Positions 10,204 to 22,200 of a stretch of DNA of 64,000 bases are shown here, piece by piece. Source of the DNA: Selaginella moellendorffii (lineage: Eukaryota > Plantae > Lycopodiophyta); NCBI RefSeq assembly GCF_000143415.4, contig NW_003314343.1, positions 372,813 through 436,812 on the forward strand, given 5' to 3'. The position numbers were made by a program, and so were the translations under genes. The notes below the pieces were generated by a model that saw nothing but the letters and a program-made list of their open reading frames with translations, searched no databases and was not told the origin of the DNA. Each line of letters begins with the position of its first letter. Positions within the stretch are counted from its first letter, which is position 1.

Positions 10204-13200
10204 TGCTGGTGCTGATGAATTTTTGGATGGCTATGACAAAGATTATTATTGGAATGAGGAAACTCCACATTTATTATATTGCCTGACAACGAAAAATTAA
10301 TGTGGAAAGGGAGAGATTAAGCATTGGACAGGACAAGCCAAGCTACCTTTCCACTATCTTGTTGTGGTGTAGGAGATCTTGTGTTGAGGCACTGGGCTTA
10401 GCATGCCTCCACTCTCACACCAAACATTCTCTCTCAAAGGGAATGAGGGAATGTGTTACAACACATTTGTTGCCATTCTACTTTTGCAGGAAAGAAAACA
10501 ACAAATATAATGCCTTAACATAAACTATAGCTTGAACATTATCTTTGTTATTATATATTTAAGTTTAAATCAACACTGTTGGACTAAAGCATCATCTTGA
10601 GTACTCAAATCATGAAACAATGTAAAACCTAGAGAAGCAATTTGATTTTCCTTGGTAGAAGGAATGAACTTTATTTCATAGTAATGAGTTCCTAGATATC
10701 TGATACCCAAACCCAAGAAAATCTGATTGGCTGTGATATTAACTAAAGATGATACAAAAAAAAATGTTGTGCTTTAGTTTATACAGGCACGCTTTAAGTT
10801 TATGCCAAAAAAGAAATGCAATCACAAAATTACAGAGGCTAAAGTGAATACGAACTGACAAACGGGGTAGTTTGGTGAAGTGTTCAAGAGCCGACTCTAG
10901 TTCCCCCGGGAGATCGAATGGTCGATGCTCCCAGTCCAAGTGTGGGTGGCACTAACTACTTGGATACCTAGCGTGGCTCAACGAAACTTCGCTCTAAGCC
11001 CATGGCTAGAGCACCCAAAGGTGGAAGGCAGGGAGAGTACCCATGAGGCTTGCGTAGGGCCACGATGTTCTGAAATGTTGTCCTAAAGGCTCAGACTGTG
11101 GAAAGGAAGAGAAGTAATCCTTTGGTGTAGTGACCAAGGATACAGTTGGGTGGTGAGGAAGCCCTAGAGGACTATGGGACTTAGTGGTCAGGCCTGTGGG
11201 CCTCAATCCAATGGCGGTGTTGGCAAACATGGCCATGGGCAAAAAGGGACTTGGTGGGGACCGGAAAAGGGATATTGGGGAAGGCTATTCCCCATGTCTG
11301 TGGGCATCCTAAGGATGCTAAGGAGTGGATTTGGGATGATCACTTTTGGATAGATGGCCCAGTCTTTGAGAGACGGGACTATGATGTAGGTGGTGTCAAA
11401 CCACCGGTGTGACCAAGGTGAATGGGCATGACCTTAGTGTAACGGGTTGATATGTTGGTGGTACCTTGGGGTGTCATTCATGGGATCAGACACGTGGAGC
11501 ACTTGGACCAAGTGCAATGGTTGAGTGGCATGGATGCCATTCTTGGGGCTAGCAAGTCCCTAAGTCCAAAATAGAACTTATGGAGGTTGTGAGTGAGACT
11601 CCTCCAAGTGGTCGGAGGTGTGGTTAAGTGACTAAAGTAGAATGGAAAATTTAGTCGCTTACAACTTGGTATTGGAACTGTTCCTTAGTCCGACTTTTAT
11701 TGGTGCTCAAGTATATCATCACTAGTGTTGACAATGGAAGGTCCTAGGAATGGACCTATCCTTGAGGAGTAGCAAATTAGGAAGACATGGCTCTCCACTA
11801 CAATTCAGATATGAACTTGTAGGTGAGGTGGTAGATAGAAAAGGGCCAATAATAGAATGACTTTGGGATCTTGGGATCAGTGCAAGGTTTTCCTCATTGA
11901 GTTAAGGATGTAATTCAGATGAGTGTTTGACTCAGCAAACTGGCTAATGTAGTTGTGGTAAACAACTATAGTTAGGATCATGGGGAAAATAGAGACTCCA
12001 AAACGATAAAGGAATCACAAAATTACCCTCATGAAGTTGAGGTTGGTGCTTATGAATTTGAGACCAGAATTAATGACCATGGGAGGTCAAATGTGGATGA
12101 GGACATAAATCCTTAGAATGGTAGCCGGGCTACTTTGAATAAATGCTGGAATAACCCCAGGAGTTTGGGGTGTGCTTAGAGGATGAATCGATATTCTCAT
12201 CATATGGACGGATAATCCTAACAGGCGAAGGTAGCCCACAATTATCGAAAAATAGTCAAGTGTTAGAATAACACTTATAATGGTGGTCATGGGAGAAGAA
12301 CATGAATACAAGAAGTTGTATTCCAATGAGCTGACACCTCAACAGTAAAACCTTATAGGTCGGGGGATTAGGAAAAGTCTAAAAGGCTGAATGACTTAAG
12401 TGGAGTTAAAGAATAGTCCTAAAGGACTGATGAAAGCATTTGAACTGAGGTGTGTTGTGCCCCATGGAGGATAGAGAGGATCATAAAACCCAATTATGAG
12501 AATAGTGGGTATCTTATAGGTGGCAGAATGTGCTATACTAAAGTCATGGGAAAGGTGTTCCTAGAAGAAGCAACTTTGGTGTAGAGTTGTGTGCGAACAC
12601 TATAGGGTAGTGTTAACGGATAGTTGGCATGAGAAATGACTGGATTGGTTTTGGCAAAAACCTAGACACAAGTGCAAAGTGTCATAAAGGTAAACTCATG
12701 GAGCCGATGGTGTGGAGACACCAAATGTGCCAAGGTGTGATACCTTGAGGTTATATTGATGGGTTCATGAGAACCCTTTGCCAAGGGAATCCCAATAGAA
12801 ATGGGAATGGCATAACCTAAGCTGAAAGGCATGTGGTAGAGTGTGGTGACCCAGATAATGATGGAGGTGTGGAAACACCAGTAATAAGTTGTAAAACTTG
12901 ATAACTATGAGGCAACTAAGTAAGAGGTGCAAGGTAATTGATTAAACGGGTAAAAAGTAGCTACCCAAGACTTCTTAATGGCATAAAAAAGTTAGATATA
13001 CCCTTATCGGGGATAAATTGCTTATGTTGTGATATAGTAAGTCAATGTTGTAAAAAGAAATGCTCATTGTCAAGGAGGCTATCATTGGGACACCCAAACA
13101 CTCTAGAATATAGGGAGGTGGTGTTTAGTGTCGCGAGGGCAATAAATAAGGCCCAAGGGACTAAATCTCTAGCGAATGATGGATAGAAAGTGCTATCCAA

Positions 13201-14451
13201 ACGTTCAAGGTTGCGGAGATAGAAGAAGACTGTCTACCAGAATGGGACAAAGCCAAAATGGAATTTTTGCAAGGCTAGTGATGGGCATATAAAAACCCAT
13301 AAGTAGCAATGTTAATCCCAGTGTGTGGGATTATAAGTTGAGCATACCCGAATTGAGGAACCACTCCTTAGGCTATCGGGTAGGTTCATCCCTGAGAATA
13401 CTTTCTATGGCATAATAGAAAGTGCAAAGCTATCCTCCTAGTCTGGAGGAGAATAACCGAAGGAAAGGTGTGAAGCCAAATGCAAGTAGTAAAGGGATAG
13501 AACTAAACCATAGGAATCGAATTGCATAACCAAGGGTGGTTATATCAGTTGGGAGTGGAGAATCAAGTGGGTGCTCAAGCATGTTATTACTAACAACCGT
13601 GATGCCATGGAGAGTCTAAAACATGGAATTGTCCATGTTGGACCATATAGCAATTTAAAAACTTGCGAAAGGAGAGGCCTTAGCAAGCTAAGGGACAGAG
13701 AATTCCTTCAAAGGTTCCCAAAGACACTTTTAGGTAGCTTGGTACCTAGAAAGCTAAGTGTAAATGGTTCATAAAACGTGCGAAATCAGAGTGGCGCAGC
13801 AAAAGTGTGGCATTGAAGCTTGCCATAATGCAATGCTATCAAAGTTGAGGAAGTAATTCCCGAGTGCTCAAAGGGATAGCTTTGAATGAAAGTCAATGGT
13901 CGAGGGCTTTCCCGCTTGTGCATAAAGCCATGTTATGTTGGTTGGATGACTTGATAAGTGAGATTGGCAAGTCATGGGAACAAATACCTTAGTTAAAGGT
14001 GCTAACTTCAAAACGGTGGCCTATAGGGCCAAGCATGGAGGAGTCCATGCATGATCACAAATTTGTCAAGTAAAAGGACTTGGTAGTTGTCAGGAATCCC
14101 CCAATTCTTGCCACATTCCTGACTCTCGCCGGATTCCTGACTTGCAGACCACATTCCTGACTCTCGAGACACTTCCCTATTCCTGACTCTCGAGACACTT
14201 CCCAATTCCTGAGTCTCGAGCCATATTCCTGATGATGATGTGGCGCCTCCTCGACCTCAACTATATTTAGGCCGTCCTCGATCCAAGAGTGGTGGAGCTT
14301 CATCAACCTATAGTATATATAGGTTAGCCTTGTTCCATTTCTCCACAATCTGAATCAACGCAAGTCTAAGGCTTCTTCTTTGTTTCCACTAGCTTTTTCT
14401 CTTTGTCTTTTTGCATTTTCCAGTCTTGATCTTGTCAGGGGTCTTGACAGT

Positions 14452-14466
14452 TTGATTCAGATTGTG
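14452..14466 (+). promoter_or_regulatory. Self-priming primer-binding site of element B
   Basis: TTGATTCAGATTGTG is the exact complement of LTR bases 14344-14358; no TGG-type tRNA PBS is present. Confidence 0.8.
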
Positions 14467-14531
14467 TTTTTACGTTTTTGATTTAGCTCGTTTTGATTGT
14501 TTGATTACCTTTGCCTTTTTCCCCCTTGCCG

Positions 14532-15503
14532 ATGGAGTCTCCAAGTCATCCTGATTTCTTTGCTGAAGTCCTTGCAAAAATCTAGTCTGAGAATACCGAG
14601 TTGAAGGCGACCCTTCTTCGCATGCAGCAGGAACTTGCTTCACTTTCAGCTCAAGGATCCAGCAAAGTTCCTGAACCGAAGGTGAGTTTCCCGGCGAAAT
14701 TTTCAGGCAAGTGTTCGGAGCTTCGCGGATTCCTGAACCAGATGGAGTTGATCTTCGCACTTCAACATCGGCGGTACCCCACTCCTGAGTCTCAAATCGG
14801 TGCGATTGGGACGTTGCTCGAAGGTGCAGCCTTGTCATGGTTTTCTCCTCTTCTGGAGAAGAGCATGAAAGGGGTCGTGGTTCTGGAGCTGATGGATCTT
14901 CAATTGTTCAAAGAGAAGCTCAAAGCATGTTTTGGCGAGACGGATCGGGTTCGGGCTGCTACCACAAAGATGAGACGTCTCTCTCAGGGGTCTCGTCCTG
15001 CCTCGATCTACGCTGCAGAGTTCCAACTCTTTGCTTTGGACACTCAGTGGGATGAGCGGGCCCTGATTGACCAATTTCGTTTCGGCCTCAACAACGGTGT
15101 CAAGGATTTATTGCTCACCATGGAGGATCCCAAGGACCTGTTGGACGCCATCAACAAAGCTGTTCGATGTGACAATCGTCTCTTTGAACGTCGTCAGGAA
15201 AGTCGCCACGCCGCTGTTTTTCCGTCCCAGACTCAGGAATCCCAGCTTGAGTCTTCGGGGCATACTCCTGAACCTACTGCTCCGGTTCCGATAGATATTT
15301 CTGGTACTCCCCGACTCATTAGAGGGAAGTTGAGTCCTGCTGAGAAGCAACGTCGAATATCTCATAATCTTTGCCTTTATTGTGCTGATCCTAATCACAA
15401 AGCAGCTGTATGTCCCAAGAAGCCTCCCCGACTGCTCGAGTTCACTCTGCCTCAAAGTCCACCTCTATTGCAGTCGGGAAACGACCCTGTCCAAACAGAG
15501 TAG
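14532..15503 (+). pseudogene. gag: Element B gag (early TAG; zinc knuckle CLYCADPNHKAAVC)
   Basis: PAKFSG...LRGFLNQM, LIDQFRFGL, CX2CX4HX4C; ATG at 14532 is in frame with ORF 14601-15503. Confidence 0.9.
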
Positions 15504-15520
15504 GAGCTGTCTGTTTGGAC
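15476..15520 (+). promoter_or_regulatory. -1 programmed ribosomal frameshift signal
   Basis: G GGA AAC in the gag frame, 6-nt spacer, 11-bp perfect stem GTCCAAACAGA/TCTGTTTGGAC. Confidence 0.82.
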
Positions 15521-18500
15521 TCCCCGAATAAAAATCACTTTTCTTCTTTATCAAGCTCCTCACCACCTTTCATCAAAGCCACCACCAATTCCCGCAACTT
15601 CCGCGTCCCATGTCTCCTTTCTTTCACCGGACAATCAGGACTCAAGGCTCTGGCGCTACTGGACTCAGGTGCAACTTCCTGCTTCATGGACACGGACTTT
15701 GCTGCCCGACATCACGTTCCTCTTTCTCCTACCATACGGGATTTGAGGGTTGAAGGCATCGGCGGGCATTTTGTGTCTCCACCTTCTGGACTTAGGGAAA
15801 CATTGCCCGTTCGAGTACACATCGGGTCCACCGTCACCGATATCGCCTTCAACATCATCAACAGCAAGTCCTCCTCTATGGTGCTCGGTCTTCCTTGGTT
15901 CCAACTACATCAGCCTCAGATCTGTTGGAAGGAATTACAGCTCATCTCTCCCACAGCTTCCCCTGCTGTTCATCGAGTCCGAATCAGGAATCGGGGTTCT
16001 GTTCCTGACTCTACAAAGTTTTCACCGTCTTCTTTTTCCTCTCTTCCATCTTACACTAGACCGTATCCTCGTCTCATCATTCCATTTAGTCGTACGCCTC
16101 CTCCTATCTCCACAATCACTATGAAAGAACTCTTTCATGAAGAACCTCTTTTCCTTTTTGCTTTGCATGTTTCTCCTGTCAGTCTTCCTGAGAAGTATCA
16201 TGATTTTGGGGATGTGTTTGACAAGAAAAAAGCTAGTGTACTGCCTGTTCATTGGCCTTATGATTGTCCCATTGATTTACAGGAAGGAGCGTCACCTCCG
16301 TGGGGGCCTATCTACGGGTTATCCCCGTCCGAGCTTAAGGCCCTCAAAGAGTACGTGGATGAGAACCTTGCCTCGGGCTATATTCAGCATTCGCAGTCCC
16401 CGGCTGGAGCGCCTGTCTTCTTTGTCAAGAAGAAGGATGGGAGCTTGCGGCTAGTCATCGACTACTAAGGTTTGAACAAGGTGACTATTTGGAACCGTTA
16501 TCCGCTGCCTCTGATCTCGGACCTGTTGGAACGCCTCGGCGGTGCCCGCTTCTTCACCAAGATCGACCTCCGTGGAGCATACAACCTGATCCGGATCCGG
16601 CCTGGTGATGAATGGAAGACTGCATTTCGAACCCGCTATGGCCACTTCGAGTACACTGTCATGCTATTTGGCTTGACAAATGCTCCAGCAGTTTTCCAAC
16701 ACATGGCGAACGACGTCTTTCGGGAGTTTCTTGATCAGATGATGATCGTCTACCTCGATGACATCCTCATCTACTCAAAAACTCAGGAGGAGCACAACGA
16801 ACATGTACGCAATGTGCTAGCGAAGCTGCGAGAACACGGCCTATACGCGAAGCTTGAGAAATGCTCGTTCGATCAGCAGTCTGTGGAGTTCCTTGGGTAC
16901 ATTGTCACTCCTGAGGGTATCACGATGGATCCTGCCAAAGTCAAGACTATTCTCGAATGGGAGCCTCCACAATCAATGTTGGACGTTCAGGTTTTCCTTG
17001 GCTTCGCCAACTTCTACCGCAAATTCATTGATCACTACTCTGACATTGTCCTTCCTCTCACGCATCTCACTCGCAAGGATGTTCCCTTCTCTTGGTCTAC
17101 TGCTGCCCAGCAGGCCTTCGACACACTCAAGGCGGCCTTCAGTTCTGCTCCTGTCTTGATCCATGCTGATTCCTCACAACCTTTCTTCATCGAGGCTGAC
17201 GCCTCCGACTTTGCCATTGGTGTTGTGCTGTCTCAACTCGGAGAAGATCACGAACTTCATCTGGTCGCTTTCCATTCTCGAAAATTCCAGTCTGCAGAGA
17301 TCAATTACGAAATCCACGACAAGGAGCTCCTTGCCATCGTGGATTTCTTTGGAGAGTGGCACCGTTTCTTGGAGGGGGCGGACCATCAAACAATAGTCTG
17401 GATGGATCACAAAAATCTCGAGGACTTTGCCATTTCCCGAGTTTTGAGCCGTTGTCAAGCAAGGTGGGCACAATTCTTGAGTCGGTTTGACTTTGTTATC
17501 AAGTACAGACCTGGAAAGCTTAAAGGCCTTCTTGATGCTCTTTCAAGGCGCTCCTATCTCAGTCTCAGGCTTGGTAATCCTGCCTTCGATCAACAGGATC
17601 AAGTTATCCTCGGTCCTGATCGGCTTCAAGTTATGGCAATTTCCCTGGCCCCTTAGGACTCCTCCTTGATGGATGCAATCAGAAACGATCTCCAATCTGA
17701 TGACCTCGCCAGCGATATTTTCACCCATCTTTAGGCTGGACACCTAGTGACTCCCGACTGCCGGCGATTTGACGAGTTCGAGTTCTTAGATGGCTTATTG
17801 TATCGTGGGGAGCAGCTTTACGTTCCTGAAGGTGATGCTCAAAGGTTGGTCCTGATGGCGTGCCACGATAGCCCGACTGCTGGTCATTTCGGCATTGCGA
17901 AAACCTATGAGCTAGTTGCACAGGACTTTTGGTGGCCTCACATGGATGACTACATCAAAGCCTTTGTTACCTCCTGTGACACTTGTGCCCAGAATAAGGT
18001 ACCTCGCCACCTTCCTTCAGGTTTGCTTCGTTCCCTCCCGGTCCCTTCAGGTCCTTGGGAATCCATCTCCATGGATTTCCTGAGTGATCTTCCGAGTTCT
18101 TGAGGCTTCAACAGTATTTTAGTCGTGGTGGATTGCTTCACAAAGATGGCGCACTTCTTGCCGTGTACCAGGGAATTTTCGGGCGAGGACATGGCAAAAC
18201 TGGTATTCAGGGAAATTTTCCGACTTCATGGGATTCCTACAGATGTGGTTTCGGATCGGGGGCCTCAGTTCATCTCTCATTTCTGGCAACAGTTTTTGCA
18301 GCTGCTTGGAGTGAAGGCCAACCTCTCTTCGGCATATCATCCTCAAACTGATGGACAGTCCGAGCGAACGATTCAGACGCTGGAACAATTCTTGAGGTTC
18401 ATCAACTATCATCAAGATAACTGGTTCAATATCCTTCCCCTTGCTGAGTTCTCCTATAACAACTCTGTTCACTCCTCTCTTCGAGTTTCTCCCTTCTTTG

Positions 18501-19213
18501 TGAACTCTGGCTGAAATCCCCGATTCAATCTCTCACTTCCTTCTCCACCTGAATCCTCTCGTTCAAATCCCCGCTCTGAGGCATTTATCTCCAACCTCCA
18601 GGAAATCCACAACTCCATCTCCTTCCACCTCCATCGTGCTCAGGAATCTCACAAAACATTTGCCAATGTCCATCGTCAGGATTGTCCCCCTTACAATATC
18701 GGGGATAAAGTCTGGCTCCTCAGGCGAAATATCTCCACCACCAGGCCCTGTCCAAAACTCGATTTCAAACGCCTCGGTCCTTTTCCTATCACTGCCATCA
18801 TTAATCCCGTCACTTATCGCCTTGCACTTCCCTCCTCATATCAAATTCACCCCGTTTTTCACTCCTCTCTCCTTGAGCCTTATATTCCCAGTCCTATTCC
18901 AAATCGGGTCATTCCTCCGCCTCCACCAGTGCAGCTCGAGGATGGGTCTGAGTACGAGGTTCAGGACATCCTTGATTCCAAGATTTCACGGTCTAAACTC
19001 TACTATCTGGTCGACTAGAAGGGTTACGGACCTAAGGAACGCACTTGGGAACCTACAGACAACCTGATTCATTCTCCTGACCTTGTTCAGGACTTCCACC
19101 ACCGCTATCCTTCTCGTCCCAGTCCTCATTCTTTTTCTCCATCTCCCATCCCTCGCCGCTCATCTCATCCTCCTCTTCGTTCTCGTTCACATCCTCGTTC
19201 CACTCGTTCTTGA
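15476..19213 (+). pseudogene. pol: Element B pol in the -1 frame (PR, RT, RNase H, IN, chromodomain), several in-frame stops
   Basis: LLDSGAT, VYLDDILIYS, DASD...DKELLAI, HDSPTAGH...CDTC, HPQTDGQSE, YEVQDILDS...WEP. Confidence 0.92.
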
Positions 19214-22200
19214 GGAGGGGGTGCTGTCAGGAATCCCCCAATTCTTGCCACATTCCTGATTCTTGCCGGATTCCTGACCTGCAGACCACATTCCTGACTC
19301 TCGAGACACTTCCCTATTCCTGACTCTCGAAACACTTCCCGATTCCTGAGTCTCGAGCCATATTCTTGATGATGATGTGGCGCCTCCTCGACCTCAGCTA
19401 TATTTAGGCCGTCCTCGATCCAAGAGTGGTGGAGCTTCATCAACCTATAGTATATATAGGTTAGCCTTGTTCCATTTCTCCACAATCTAAATCAACGCCA
19501 GTCTAAGGCCTCTTCTTTGTTTCCACTAGCTTTTTCTCTTTGTCTTTTTGCATTTTCTAGTCTTGATCTTGTCAGGGGTCTTGACAATAGTGTGGAGGAA
19601 CTAGGTTCCTAAACTGTGATCTGTAGTGCGCTTTAAGTATAAGTTCGTGCACTAGCGTGGGGAGTCATGCCAGGCATCCTAGGTGATGCCATCTATATAT
19701 GCATATACGGAGGTTGAGTTCGAGTCCCAACCCTCTAGTGCTTGGGTTTGAGTCCCAAATCACTAGGGTGTGGTGATGGTTTTGAATATGAGGACACTCA
19801 TTTTTCGGTGGTCATGGACTCTCAGTGAGGAGACTGGTTTGGGTCGTGATGCACGATTAGATTGCTTAGTGCGAAAGCTCGGCATATCTAACTTGAACGC
19901 TTTGGTGCAAGTGGCACCAAGGACGTGGTGAGTGAGATGGGGACACCTAATCTTAGTTGCTATGGACCCTTGGCTATAACGGTTGGCTTGAGTGCACCGC
20001 CACGTGTGGGGGATGCCCCTAGGGTCTATGGTCAACAACTTGAAGGTCTAGAAGACTAAGTACCTCTTAACAACTCTGTTAAGGTGCCAAGGTGAGATCA
20101 CTATAAATAAGGACAAGGTCCTTGGTTGGCTAAGGAATGGGTTTAAAGTGTTGATTTGAATTATTTATAATGGTGTGGCTTGGTCAAGATGACCAAGTGG
20201 GAAGAGCACCTAAGAGAAATAAGCTATATCCATGCGATGGCATAGTGAGTCTGAGGAAAATAGTCTTTATAAGAGACCTATAGGAAGGTCACTAAATTGA
20301 GCTATGAATAAAGCCATAGCAGAAAATGATAAAGAGACATACTAGGGGTAAACACCCTTTGGACTTGGCAAGCAAATTCTTTACTATAAAACCAAAAAAA
20401 TACCTCAAAAATGGAGGTAGCAATCCTATGTTGTTGGGTGCAACTATCAAAGGATAAAAACAAAAGACTAATGGCTAAGAAAAAAGCTATGGGAACCATG
20501 GGAAAGAATCCAAAAGGCAAAGTTAAGCCAAAAACACCAATGTGTTGGGGGCTAACAAATTGTGGGAAAGGTAAAGTGTTTCCAAGGATGGATTCCCAAT
20601 TGCTCCGATTTGGCGAAAGTAGAAGCTCCAAAGGAGAGAGCGGTAAGGTAGCCAAATGATAGGGCCATGGACAGCCCTAGCACAAATTATGATAATGGGA
20701 ACTTAATGCCCAAGAAGGCACGAAATAGAAGAGAGGATGATAATGCCCTCAAGTAGAGAACTTTCTAGGGTGGGGAAGTGGAGTTACACAATATATGTAA
20801 TGCAAGGTGTTGGAGACACCTAGGAAATTGACTTCAAGAAGTCAAAAGTAAAAGTTCCAAAGTGTAAAGGTTATATCGATGGAAACTAAGACTACTTGAG
20901 AAAGAGTTGTTAGATTGAGATAGAGATGGTGTCTCTAACAAGTTTAGCGAGAACTAAACCAATAAAAAGAGAGAACCACTACAAGAGGTCCAATCAATCT
21001 TTAAGTTGGAGAGACTATCCTCCTTAGAGGATGGGTAAGGCATGGTGAGCCTTCAATATCAAACTATTGACGAATATTGGCGAAGTGCTAAGAATGGAAA
21101 GGGTAATACATGTTGGTATTACTTTATAAAATAATTTATCGTTCGATGAGGATATCGAACTTTGTCTATGGGTAGTAGAGTTGTGAGACATAGAATCCCT
21201 AAGCCCCAAAGTGGAGCCGAAAGGGTGCCATGTGGTAGTGGCTAAAGCAAAAGCCAAAAGAACATAACACGTTTGGATTAAAAGGTCCGACTTGAAAGGT
21301 CGAGAGCGGGAGTGGAACTCCCAACGAAATGATCGAGGAACAAGCACAAAGCAAGCAATAAGTGAGTCTCTAGAAAAGGGACACAAGAGGACCCAAGATG
21401 GAGTCCGAGATGGACCGAGATGGAATCCGAGATGGACCCGAGATGGAGTCCGAGATGGACCCGAGATGGAGTCTGAGATAGAGTCTGAGATGGAGTTCGA
21501 GATGGACCCGAGATGGACCCGAGATGGAGTTCAAGATGGAGTCCGAGATGGGAGTCCGGGATGGAATCCAAGATGGAGTCCGAAAAGGACCCGAGATGGA
21601 GTCCAAAGTTGAGATCGAGACCAAGACTGGGACCGAGACCGGGACCAAGACCGGGACCGAGGCTGAGGCTGAGGCCGAGACCAAGCCTAAGCCTGAGTCC
21701 AAGTTTGAGTCCAACTCCAAGTCCGAGTTCGAGTCTAAAGGGGTGAAAGCCCAAAGCATTCATCTTCCAAACCCTGGGGGGTTTGGTGAGTTCCAAAAGT
21801 ATAGTAGGGGGAGGACTCCAATGGAGCCAATTTGGCCAGGAAAGGCCAGTTTGTCCTAGGAAGGCTGTACCTAGGTGTTGGGTGATAGGATAACCACTGG
21901 GAACTCCAAGGCTAGAGTGAATATGGACCAACAAACAGGGTAGTTTGGTAAAGTGTTCAAGAGTCGGCTCTAGTTCCCCCGGGAGATCGAATGGTCGATG
22001 CTCCTAGTCCAAGTGTGGGTGGCACTACCTACTTGGATACCTGGCGTGGCTCAATGAAACCTCGCTTTAATCCCATGGCTAGAGCACCCAAAGGTGGAAG
22101 GTGGGGAGAGTACCCATGAGGCTCGCGTAGGGCCACGGTGTTCCGAAATGTTGTCCCAAAGGCCCAAACTATGGAAAGGAAGAGAAGTAGTCCTTTGGTG

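Larger units (their letters stand above)
14088..19586 (+). mobile_element. Element B: Ty3/gypsy chromovirus, Tcn1/Tf1-sushi-like; 362-bp LTRs 14088-14449 and 19225-19586
   Basis: TG...CA LTRs, TSD GTAGT/ATAGT, PPT GAGGAGGGGG; domain order gag-PR-RT-RH-IN-chromodomain. Confidence 0.95.
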
